Positions 44,344 to 51,961 of a DNA stretch of 58,986 bases are shown in pieces. The position numbers and the translations under genes were made by a program. The DNA is taken from the NCBI GenBank assembly GCA_050943415.1, contig JBMNPD010000004.1, forward strand, positions 1 through 58,986, in the 5' to 3' direction. Under the pieces are notes generated by a model. It saw only the letters and a list, made by a program, of their open reading frames with translations, had not been told where the DNA came from and searched no databases. This stretch comes from Candidatus Dojkabacteria bacterium (GTDB lineage Bacteria; Patescibacteriota; Dojkabacteria; SC72). Every line of letters begins with the position of its first letter. Position 1 is the first letter of the stretch.

Positions 44344-44492
44344 GTAGAGGATTTTCTGTACAGAATTTGGAAAGGATGAGAATGTTTTTTTTAACCTATA
44401 ACAAATCCTCGACAGTGTTGAGGATTTCTAGCACTCATAATACCTCTTCTGCTAAACATATTGCTGCTGTTTGCAAGATGAACTTTTTCTGA
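44310..44492 (+). pseudogene. relic of a DUF1016 (YhcG-like PDDEXK nuclease) N-terminal region
   Basis: The frame translates as ...KSVIEFKFGRGFSVQNLERMRMFFLTYNKSSTVLRISSTH... Compare E. coli YhcG ...EFPGMRGFSARNLWRMRQFYLAY... It has no start codon and only about 60 codons. Confidence 0.45.
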
Positions 44493-44543
44493 ATATGGGG
44501 TAGGCCTAGGCCAGGCCTTGTAATGTTATTGAGTTTAAGTTTG
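44475..44543 (+). repeat. repeat copy 3 (69 nt), exactly 200 nt after copy 2
   Basis: The core starts at 44475. It has the GGCCTAGGCCAGGCC palindrome of copy 1 and the tail GTTATTGAGTTTAAGTTTG of copy 2. Confidence 0.8.
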
Positions 44544-44579
44544 TTGTTTGATAGAATTGTTTATTAATAATATAATAAT

Positions 44580-44665
44580 GCCGAGATGGTGAAATTGGCA
44601 TACACGCTACCTTGAGGTGGTAGTGGGAGTTAAATCCCGTGCAGGTTCGACTCCTGTTCTCGGCA
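44580..44665 (+). tRNA. tRNA-Leu(GAG), type II with long variable arm, no encoded CCA
   Basis: The acceptor stem is GCCGAGA...TCTCGGC-A. The anticodon stem-loop is CTACC-TTGAGGT-GGTAG and the T arm is GCAGG-TTCGACT-CCTGT. Confidence 0.9.
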
Positions 44666-44679
44666 CATCTTTTACAATT

Positions 44680-44757
44680 GGGCGACTAGCTCAGCTGGTC
44701 TAGAGCATCTCGTTTACACCGAGAGGGTCATAGGTTCGAATCCTATGTCGCCCACCA
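44680..44757 (+). tRNA. tRNA-Val(TAC), CCA encoded
   Basis: The acceptor stem is GGGCGAC...GTCGCCC-A-CCA. The anticodon arm is TCTCG-TTTACAC-CGAGA and the T arm is ATAGG-TTCGAAT-CCTAT. Confidence 0.9.
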
Positions 44758-44795
44758 TTTCTTATATAAGCTTTCGTTATCACACAAACAAATAT

Positions 44796-45530
44796 ATGAA
44801 TAAAACAATATTAGTAATTGGTGCATCTGGTGGCATTGGTTCTCAAGTTGCTAAAGATTTGATAAACGAAGGATATTCTGTAATAGGTACTTACTCTAAT
44901 ACTCCAATAAACAATCCAGATGTGAAGAGCATCAACTTAGACTTTTTATCCAAAGATTCTATACAGAATTTTGTAGATAAAATTAAATCTATGGACACTA
45001 ATCTCTATGCTATTATAAATTGTGCTGGAATAGTTGAATATGAAAATAAAAACATAGAGGAGGATTTGAAGATTTGGGATAAAACAATAGCTGTAAACTT
45101 AACATCTAACTATGTTTTGGCAAAATACTTTGAAGATAGAATTGAAGAGCATGGTAGGTTCATTATGATTAGTTCAACAGATGCTATGTTTGGAGGATCA
45201 ATAACTGTAAGCTATGCAGTAAGCAAGGCAGGTGTTAATTCTCTAGTAAAATCCTTTAGCTTGTTATTCAAGGATAAAAAAGTTTCTGTTAATGCTATTG
45301 CTCCTGGTTGGGTTAATACGAAAATGAATGAAGATATAGGAGATGATTTTGTTCAAAAAGTAAAGAATCTAATTCCACAAAACAGAATTGCTGAGCCAAA
45401 AGATATTTCTAATATAGTAACTTTTCTTCTTAAGCCAGAAGCTGGATATATTAACGGACAAGTTATAACTGTTGATGGAGGATATACAAATCAAGATCCT
45501 ACATTATTAATAGAAGAGGAGATTGTTTAA
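44796..45530 (+). CDS. SDR family oxidoreductase
   Basis: Start moved to the ATG at 44796, because the track ORF overlapped tRNA-Val. Has GASGGIGS, and YAVSKAG for the catalytic YxxxK. Confidence 0.85.
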   Translation: MNKTILVIGASGGIGSQVAKDLINEGYSVIGTYSNTPINNPDVKSINLDFLSKDSIQNFVDKIKSMDTNLYAIINCAGIVEYENKNIEEDLKIWDKTIAVNLTSNYVLAKYFEDRIEEHGRFIMISSTDAMFGGSITVSYAVSKAGVNSLVKSFSLLFKDKKVSVNAIAPGWVNTKMNEDIGDDFVQKVKNLIPQNRIAEPKDISNIVTFLLKPEAGYINGQVITVDGGYTNQDPTLLIEEEIV

Positions 45531-45574
45531 GATTTAACTGTTGTAAATATATCTCACTACTTAGAGACTTTGCC

Positions 45575-46144
45575 CTAGAGAATCTTCATAACAGCATCAT
45601 ATTTCTCTTGTATCATTTTCTTACCAATAGGTGTTAATTTCTTGTAACTTCTTTTTAGTTTCTCTTTTACAAAAGTATTAGCATCTTCTACACTTAATCC
45701 ATAGACTCTCATTGCTAAATGGAATAGTGATGCAATTGTATTAAAATGAGACATAGCATCTGCATCTGCAACACACTCTGCTTCAACGGTCTTTTTAGGT
45801 ATGTTCTTACTTCCTCTGTGTGCATATATACAATGTTTGACCTGTTCTATTCTTTCTAACGGATAATTATGTTTTTTTAGAAACTCTTCTGCATATTTCT
45901 GTCCAACGATATGATGATCTTCAGTATCTCCTGTTATATTTGCAATATCATGTAGCCACGCAGAGAGTAAAACAATTTCTTTGTCAGCATTTCTTTTCTC
46001 AGCTAATTGTTCTGCATACATTACAACTGGTTTAAAATGGTTATTGTATACATTCATGCCAAATGGATAACTTGTTTTCTTACATTCTCTAAGAGCATAC
46101 TCCTGTGCAAGTTTTACAATATCTTTCATATTTGAATTATACAT
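45575..46144 (-). CDS. HD-domain phosphohydrolase
   Basis: Has LSAWLHDIANI and HH..GQKYA. It is 189 aa. Confidence 0.7.
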   Translation of the reverse strand: MYNSNMKDIVKLAQEYALRECKKTSYPFGMNVYNNHFKPVVMYAEQLAEKRNADKEIVLLSAWLHDIANITGDTEDHHIVGQKYAEEFLKKHNYPLERIEQVKHCIYAHRGSKNIPKKTVEAECVADADAMSHFNTIASLFHLAMRVYGLSVEDANTFVKEKLKRSYKKLTPIGKKMIQEKYDAVMKIL

Positions 46145-46440
46145 TAAAAAGTGTTGTTTTTTAAAATGGTATATATAGAGAATTTTAACAAATTTATGTG
46201 TAAGAAGTGTTGTAAGTTACGCATATGATAGAGGATTTATGATTACATTAGTAGAAGATCTTTGTATATCCTTTAATCCTGAGATACAAGCATTTACCAT
46301 TAAAGATCTTAAAGATACAAGACCAGAGATAGATATTGTTTGTTCTGCTCAAATTTAATTTTACTCTTGTAAATATAGTTTGCAGTCTCATTGATTTTTG
46401 TTGTGATATAATAACGACAATTATATAGAAGGAAATCAAA

Positions 46441-46944
46441 ATGGAACATGAAGCTGCAGAAGTAGATTTTACTAAAGATAATTTAAAAGGTTATGGTGAA
46501 TCACAGGATGAGGGAGGTGATATTGTGGAAAGGATAAATGAAATTAATGATATGATTTTAGAACTTAGACATAGGGGCGAAAGTGTTAAAGGTATAAGTG
46601 ATGGATTTCATACAATTGGTGATTATGTTGATATGAGGAATCATCTTTTTGTTGCATTGTGTAATATTTGCTCTGACATCTCATGGAAATCAAGACAACA
46701 TTACAATGAAGAGAATGATCCGATGTTTAATGGTTGTTTTATAGCAGGAATGAATACTCCAACAGGGCCAGTAACATTTCATTTAAAAGAAGAATATTGG
46801 GATGATCTAAATATATTAGAAATAGATAGAGCCCCCGAATATGATGGCTATACAGAAGAAGATGTTAAAAAGCGTATAAAAAGTTTGAAACAAAGTGGTG
46901 ATATTCCCAAAAACAAAGTAATTATGAATAAAAAAACAACATGA
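46441..46944 (+). CDS. hypothetical protein resembling phage-borne WDGH-type domain proteins
   Basis: SDGFHTIGDYVDMRNHLF...WKSRQH...FIAGMNTPTGPVTFHL...YWD...RAPEYDGYTEED follows the pattern I recall for phage 'WDGH' proteins (SDGYHTF...WKS...APEWDGHT). This is based on memory only. Confidence 0.4.
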   Translation: MEHEAAEVDFTKDNLKGYGESQDEGGDIVERINEINDMILELRHRGESVKGISDGFHTIGDYVDMRNHLFVALCNICSDISWKSRQHYNEENDPMFNGCFIAGMNTPTGPVTFHLKEEYWDDLNILEIDRAPEYDGYTEEDVKKRIKSLKQSGDIPKNKVIMNKKTT

Positions 46945-47813
46945 TAGATTTACATACTCACACAATTAATTCAGATGGTAGTCAAACAACTATTGAACTA
47001 TTAAAAGAAGCTGAAAAGAAGGGAATGAATTACCTATCAATAACAGATCATAATAGTATTCGTGCTTACAAGGACATAAAAAAGATTAATTTAAAAGAAT
47101 ACTATACAGGTGAAATAATAAATGGTGTTGAAATAACAACACATTACAAAGGTGAACTAATTGAAGTATTAGGATATTTGTTTGACTTAGACAAAATGGA
47201 AAATGGTATACAAAAGCACGATATGTATACAAGTTTTAAAGAGAGATATAAAACAAGATTTAAACTTATTAAAGACGAATATGCTAAAAGAGGTATAACT
47301 TTTGAATATGATTTAGAAGATGAAAATAATGATATGCGAGATAAAAGTATTCATGCAGAAATAATTAAACATTCAGAAAATGATAAGTTTTTCTTAGATA
47401 TTAATCATAAACAAACGAGTGTTTCTTTTTTTAGAAATGAAGTAAATAATCCAAATAGTAAGTTCTATATTGATCAAACAGTATTTTTTCCAAATCTGAA
47501 AACAGTAATAGATCTAATTCATGAATCAGAAGGTTTAGCTTTTTTAGCACATCCATTTATTTATTCTAAAAACATTGTTGCTGAATTGGAGAATATCATA
47601 GGCAATTATTCTTTAGATGGAATAGAGTGTTTCTATACAACTTTTACAGAGGATCAAACGAAGTATTTATTAGAGATAGCAAAAAAATATGATCTGCTTA
47701 TTTCTGGTGGTAGTGATTATCATGGGATAATGAAAAAGGACCATTTTCTAGGTGGATTTTGTGATGATAATAGAGCTGTTTATGAATGTTTTCTTGAATG
47801 GTTGAGAATATAA
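46941..47813 (+). CDS. PHP-domain phosphoesterase (TrpH/RNase AM-like)
   Basis: Has IDLHTHTINSDGS, ITDHNS, AHPF and GGSDYHG. It has an ATGA overlap with the upstream gene. Confidence 0.75.
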   Translation: MIDLHTHTINSDGSQTTIELLKEAEKKGMNYLSITDHNSIRAYKDIKKINLKEYYTGEIINGVEITTHYKGELIEVLGYLFDLDKMENGIQKHDMYTSFKERYKTRFKLIKDEYAKRGITFEYDLEDENNDMRDKSIHAEIIKHSENDKFFLDINHKQTSVSFFRNEVNNPNSKFYIDQTVFFPNLKTVIDLIHESEGLAFLAHPFIYSKNIVAELENIIGNYSLDGIECFYTTFTEDQTKYLLEIAKKYDLLISGGSDYHGIMKKDHFLGGFCDDNRAVYECFLEWLRI

Positions 47814-47840
47814 AATGTTCTAAAAATAATAAAACATATT

Positions 47841-48473
47841 ATGATAGCTACCGCAGATGTTGAAAATCTAAGAGAATATTTAAATACTCTTTCTTTGGAT
47901 ACAAGCAGTTATGCTGATGAATACGGATATGAAAACCCTGTTTTGGTATTGGTAGATGCAGTTCTTTCTATTAACAGGAATTACGATAGATTTGTCAAAC
48001 CACGCTTAAAGATAATTGAGAAAAGTGGAATTAGTTCTTTTGCGGAATTAGAAAGGGAACTTGATAAGGGAGATGAGTATTTTATGACTTTTTGGAATTA
48101 CAGACATATTGAAAGAGTCGAACTATTAAGAAATCTTCTTAATTACTTTAAAGATTTTCAAAAAACTAATAATATACAAGGAGATATTGAAAGTTTACGA
48201 GAATGGGGAAATCAGTCTTCTGTGAAGAAATATAGAGATTGGAATATTCGAGGTATAGCATTTACCACGTATCAGTATCTTAGAATGCTATGTGGAGTAG
48301 ATACTGTTAAACCAGATATACATATTCTAAGAGTAGTAGAAAAAGGTGTTGGTAGGAAAGTTGGTCCTAGAAATGCAATAACACTTGTAGAATGTATTGC
48401 TAAAGAAATGGGTATAAAAGCAAGAAGCTTAGATCATGCTATTTGGGGATATAGCTCTTCAAAGAAGAGTTAA
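47841..48473 (+). CDS. hypothetical protein, possible helix-hairpin-helix DNA-binding/glycosylase-like fold
   Basis: GIAFTTYQYLRMLCGVDTVKPDIHILRVV resembles the HhH plus PVDTHV segment of EndoIII-like proteins. The resemblance is weak. Confidence 0.35.
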   Translation: MIATADVENLREYLNTLSLDTSSYADEYGYENPVLVLVDAVLSINRNYDRFVKPRLKIIEKSGISSFAELERELDKGDEYFMTFWNYRHIERVELLRNLLNYFKDFQKTNNIQGDIESLREWGNQSSVKKYRDWNIRGIAFTTYQYLRMLCGVDTVKPDIHILRVVEKGVGRKVGPRNAITLVECIAKEMGIKARSLDHAIWGYSSSKKS

Positions 48474-48567
48474 CAACTGTCTAGAACTCCAATGCAATTA
48501 ACCATTTCAGACATGATGATATTTTTGATATATAATATTTAATAATTTCAATTTACATAAATCATAC

Positions 48568-48822
48568 ATGAAAACAAAAAGTTCAAAAAGAGAATTTGTT
48601 TTAGGAGGAATATATAGACATTTCAAGGGAGGAATATATCAAGCTTTAATATTAGCTAAGGATTCTGAAACTACAGAAGATGTAGTTGTATATGTTCCTT
48701 TGTATTACAAAGAAGATGCTGAGACTAGAGCATGGGTTAGACCATTAGATAATTTTATGGGAACTAAAGAATTAGAAGATGGTACAGTAGTAAATAGATT
48801 TGAACTTATTAGTGAGAGATAA
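48568..48822 (+). CDS. DUF1653-like small protein
   Basis: Has YRHFKGGIYQ, VVYVPLY and WVRPLDNF. Confidence 0.55.
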   Translation: MKTKSSKREFVLGGIYRHFKGGIYQALILAKDSETTEDVVVYVPLYYKEDAETRAWVRPLDNFMGTKELEDGTVVNRFELISER

Positions 48823-48883
48823 GTAGGTATAGGGTAATTATATTTTTAAACGCTATGTTTAAACTTATTTTTTAAGAAGTAAT

Positions 48884-49333
48884 TTGATGAATATTGTAGA
48901 AAAAATTTCAGAGGGAAGTTCTTTGGTTATTGAGGGTAAATCATATAAAATTTTAGGGAAAGTCTTTTATGCGACTCAGAATAAACCTGAATTGATATAT
49001 GTAAAGATTTTACTAGAAGAAGATTATGTTTTAGTTCTAGTGCCTTCGGATAAAATTGCTTACTTTGGACGTAATGAAGGCAGAATACCTGAATTTGATG
49101 GTTTTAAGAAAACTGTACTCTTCAGAGATAAAAAATTTAAACAGATTAATCATGATTATCAAGTTGTTTTAAGAGTAGACTTAGGTTCATTACTAGATGT
49201 TGAGGGTGAAGTTGAATTTTGGGATTATGAGGTTGATGACTTAATTGTAAGTATTGCTATTGTAAGCCGAAATAAAGAGAGGGCTGATGTTATTGCAAAG
49301 TATCTTTCTTTTTCGGAAATAGAGATTCGTTAA
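48884..49333 (+). CDS. hypothetical protein (DUF4178-like pattern)
   Basis: Uses a TTG start. Has GKSYKILGKVFY and a later EGEVEFWDYEVDD. The assignment is tentative. Confidence 0.35.
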   Translation: MMNIVEKISEGSSLVIEGKSYKILGKVFYATQNKPELIYVKILLEEDYVLVLVPSDKIAYFGRNEGRIPEFDGFKKTVLFRDKKFKQINHDYQVVLRVDLGSLLDVEGEVEFWDYEVDDLIVSIAIVSRNKERADVIAKYLSFSEIEIR

Positions 49334-49355
49334 TAATTTCTAATCAATAAAATAT

Positions 49356-49499
49356 ATGAAAGCAATAATAGAGATAGGTAGTAATAATACTAACACACAT
49401 ATATATGATGGTGATGAATTAGTATTTGATAATAATGTTACTATAGAGTTTAAAAAGAACTATACAGATAAAGTTGCTTTACAACAGCCTTTTGCCTAA
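49356..49499 (+). pseudogene. 47-codon remnant resembling the N-terminus of an ASKHA (Ppx/GppA or sugar kinase) protein
   Basis: MKAIIEIGSNNTNTHIYDG... resembles the phosphate-1 motif (xIDIGSNS). The frame ends at TAA 49497-49499. Confidence 0.25.
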
Positions 49500-49569
49500 T
49501 ACAACTGTACTAGCATACAAGAAAACATACAGAATAACATACAAGATGATTGTGAGATGCTTAGTAAAA

Positions 49570-49578
49570 TGGTATAAT
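49570..49578 (+). promoter_or_regulatory. extended -10 promoter TGgTATAAT
   Basis: TG is at 49570-49571 and TATAAT at 49573-49578. The ATG at 49593 is 14 nt downstream, with no SD. Confidence 0.4.
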
Positions 49579-49592
49579 AGTACATAGTAACT

Positions 49593-50588
49593 ATGAATAA
49601 CTATAACCCTCCATTTGAAACAACCAATGTTATGCTTGATAGAATTTCTTCAATCATGAAAAATGTTGGCAAGTTAGAAAATTACAAAGATTTAAATAAA
49701 ATGCCAATATTAAGAAGAAATAACAGAATTCATTCTATCCATTCTTCTTTAGCTATAGAGGCTAATTCATTATCATTTAACCAAGTCAAAGATATTATTA
49801 ATGGGAAAACCGTTGTTGGGCCACAAAGTGAAATACAAGAAGTTAAAAATGCATATAATGCATATGAATTGATAAAAGAGTTAGATCCATACTCCATTAA
49901 GGATTTGAAAAAAGCACATAGTGTAATGACATATTTAGTTGTAGAAGAATCTGGAAAGTTTAGAAAGGGAAACGAAGGTGTTTTCGATGAAAAAGGTGAT
50001 TGTATTCATGTGTGTCCACCACCAGAACAGATAGATGTTTTGATCAGTCAACTATTTAATTGGATGAAACAAAGCAAAGATACATTACATCCATTGATAC
50101 TATCTTCAATCTTTCACTACGAATTTGTTTTTATTCATCCATTCTCGGATGGTAATGGAAGAATTGTCAGACTATGGCAAAATATACTGCTTTCTAATTG
50201 GGAAGAAATATTTGAATATGTTCCAATTGAATCTCAGATAAAGAAATACCAGGATGAATATTACAAAACAATAAACGATTGTAATTTGTCTAGTAATTCA
50301 ACCGTATTTATTGAATTTATGTTAAAAATGATTGATGAGACAATTGAGAACTTATTAGAAAGTACTATTACTCAGGGTAATCGTGTTAGTTTGTATGTAG
50401 ATAAACTACTAGATGTGATGGAATCTGGAGTAGAAATGACTACTTCTGAAATGATGAGTAAGCTTGGGCTCAAATCAAGAATCTCTTTTAGAGAAAATTA
50501 TCTAAAACCTGCTCTAGAGAATGGTTTAGTTAAGATGACTATACCTGATAAACCTACAAGCAAAAACCAGATGTATTACAAGGTGTGA
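49593..50588 (+). CDS. fic: Fic family protein (AMPylase-type) with C-terminal wHTH
   Basis: The Fic motif is HPFSDGNGRIVR. The N-terminal inhibitory-helix-like segment is SSLAIEANS. Confidence 0.85.
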   Translation: MNNYNPPFETTNVMLDRISSIMKNVGKLENYKDLNKMPILRRNNRIHSIHSSLAIEANSLSFNQVKDIINGKTVVGPQSEIQEVKNAYNAYELIKELDPYSIKDLKKAHSVMTYLVVEESGKFRKGNEGVFDEKGDCIHVCPPPEQIDVLISQLFNWMKQSKDTLHPLILSSIFHYEFVFIHPFSDGNGRIVRLWQNILLSNWEEIFEYVPIESQIKKYQDEYYKTINDCNLSSNSTVFIEFMLKMIDETIENLLESTITQGNRVSLYVDKLLDVMESGVEMTTSEMMSKLGLKSRISFRENYLKPALENGLVKMTIPDKPTSKNQMYYKV

Positions 50589-50596
50589 TATATTGT

Positions 50597-51436
50597 TCAT
50601 CTTGTTCTATTAACTTTCTCTCTTCTTAAATGTTGGTGTATATGCTTAATATAGTATCCTTCTACTTTTCTTCTGTAATCCAAACCATTTGTTTTAAAAT
50701 ATTGGAATATTTCTAAATAATATTTAGAAGGAATATTAGAAGGTACAGTATATCTATTCTTTTTCAGTTGTTCTTTAATGTGTTTCAGTTGTTGAAATGT
50801 AAAAAGTTTTTTTAATGTATCTAACACATTACTGTTCATTTGATTAAAGATATATGTGACAAAATCTCTGTACAATCTAAATTCTTCTTCAGATTTCTCT
50901 TTCTTTGTTATTCTAAGTAATACAATATCTACATTAGGTATAGGTTTAAAATCTTTTCTTTCAAAATTTTCAATAACATATAAATCGTACATAGATGAAA
51001 GGATTGTAGCTATCTGTGTGTTGTTAGGTAGACCCATATATCTTTCACTTGTCTCTTTCTGAACAAAGAGATATGCCTCTATCAATTTAGAATTTATCTC
51101 TGTAATTTTGTTAACAATGTCTGAAGTTAGAGCAAACGGTATATTTGCAAATACTTTGTATTCCTTCTTTGGTAGGGTAGAAGTAAGAAAGTCTTTGTTT
51201 TTTAGAACAACGTTAGAATTATCTGTAAACAAATCTTTTAATATATCAAAGTATCTTGAATCTAGTTCGTACGCTATTACATTGTTACAATGTTTTACTA
51301 ATTCTTTAGTTATGATTCCTTTACCTGCACCTATATCGATTACAGTATCGAAACTATTCCAATGAATGTTATTAATAATTCGTTGTAGATTCTGTTTATT
51401 GGTGTATAAATTTTGAGTATATTTAATATCTACCAT
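50597..51436 (-). CDS. rRNA adenine N6-(di)methyltransferase family (KsgA/RsmA or Erm-like)
   Basis: Has TQNLYT (QNF-like), VIDIGAGKGIIT, ELD, FANIPFALTS, VQKETSERY and FKPIPNVD. Confidence 0.75.
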   Translation of the reverse strand: MVDIKYTQNLYTNKQNLQRIINNIHWNSFDTVIDIGAGKGIITKELVKHCNNVIAYELDSRYFDILKDLFTDNSNVVLKNKDFLTSTLPKKEYKVFANIPFALTSDIVNKITEINSKLIEAYLFVQKETSERYMGLPNNTQIATILSSMYDLYVIENFERKDFKPIPNVDIVLLRITKKEKSEEEFRLYRDFVTYIFNQMNSNVLDTLKKLFTFQQLKHIKEQLKKNRYTVPSNIPSKYYLEIFQYFKTNGLDYRRKVEGYYIKHIHQHLRREKVNRTR

Positions 51437-51483
51437 GTGTAGATTATAGCATTTGTGTCGTAGAGTGAAGCTTTTGGGAAGTG

Positions 51484-51930
51484 TTACAAATCTTTGGTCA
51501 TAGCTTTGTGAGTAACTATACCATCTTCGTTCTTAATATCTTCTGTAAAGTGATACCCCATATGAATGTAGAAGTCATATGATACTAAACTAGCCCAGAT
51601 GGATATCTGCTCGTATCCTTGTTTCTTAGTACACTCTTCTGCAATCTCTACTAACTTTCTTCCTAAACCTCTTCCTTGGTACTCTGGCAAGATATATAGT
51701 GACCTCATATAGCCTTTCTTTGCTAGTACACAACCGATAATCTTTCCATTTTCCTTAGCAACAAAGTAGTCATATGAGTTAATGTAATGAAGAATTTTTT
51801 CTGTATAAATATCTAATGTATGTTGTATATATTGAGGAGAGTAAAGCTTTTTGTGAGTACTGACGAGTGTTTCTTCTATAACCTTTAAAATATCATTTGC
51901 ATCTTTTTCTGAAGCTTTTGAAATAGTCAT
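51484..51930 (-). CDS. GNAT family N-acetyltransferase
   Basis: Has YQGRGLGRKLVEIAE (QxxGxG). Confidence 0.75.
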   Translation of the reverse strand: MTISKASEKDANDILKVIEETLVSTHKKLYSPQYIQHTLDIYTEKILHYINSYDYFVAKENGKIIGCVLAKKGYMRSLYILPEYQGRGLGRKLVEIAEECTKKQGYEQISIWASLVSYDFYIHMGYHFTEDIKNEDGIVTHKAMTKDL

Positions 51931-51961
51931 GACAGTGATTATATAGCAACATCATAATTAT

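Noticed and set aside
44164-44579. A possible CRISPR array.
   Set aside because: There are only three repeat copies, with irregular spacing (97 and 200 nt). The repeats are partly divergent and chimeric, one 'spacer' is a gene relic, and there are no cas genes in the window.
44745-44795. The N-terminal extension of the SDR gene given by the track (start 44745).
   Set aside because: The extension overlaps the 3' end of tRNA-Val(TAC). The conserved Rossmann N-terminus (MNKTILVIGASGGIGS) starts at the ATG at 44796.
48843-48873. An AT-only hairpin TTTAAAC/GTTTAAA followed by a T-run after the DUF1653 gene, as a possible terminator.
   Set aside because: The stem is 7 bp with a single G-C pair, too weak to call with confidence by eye.
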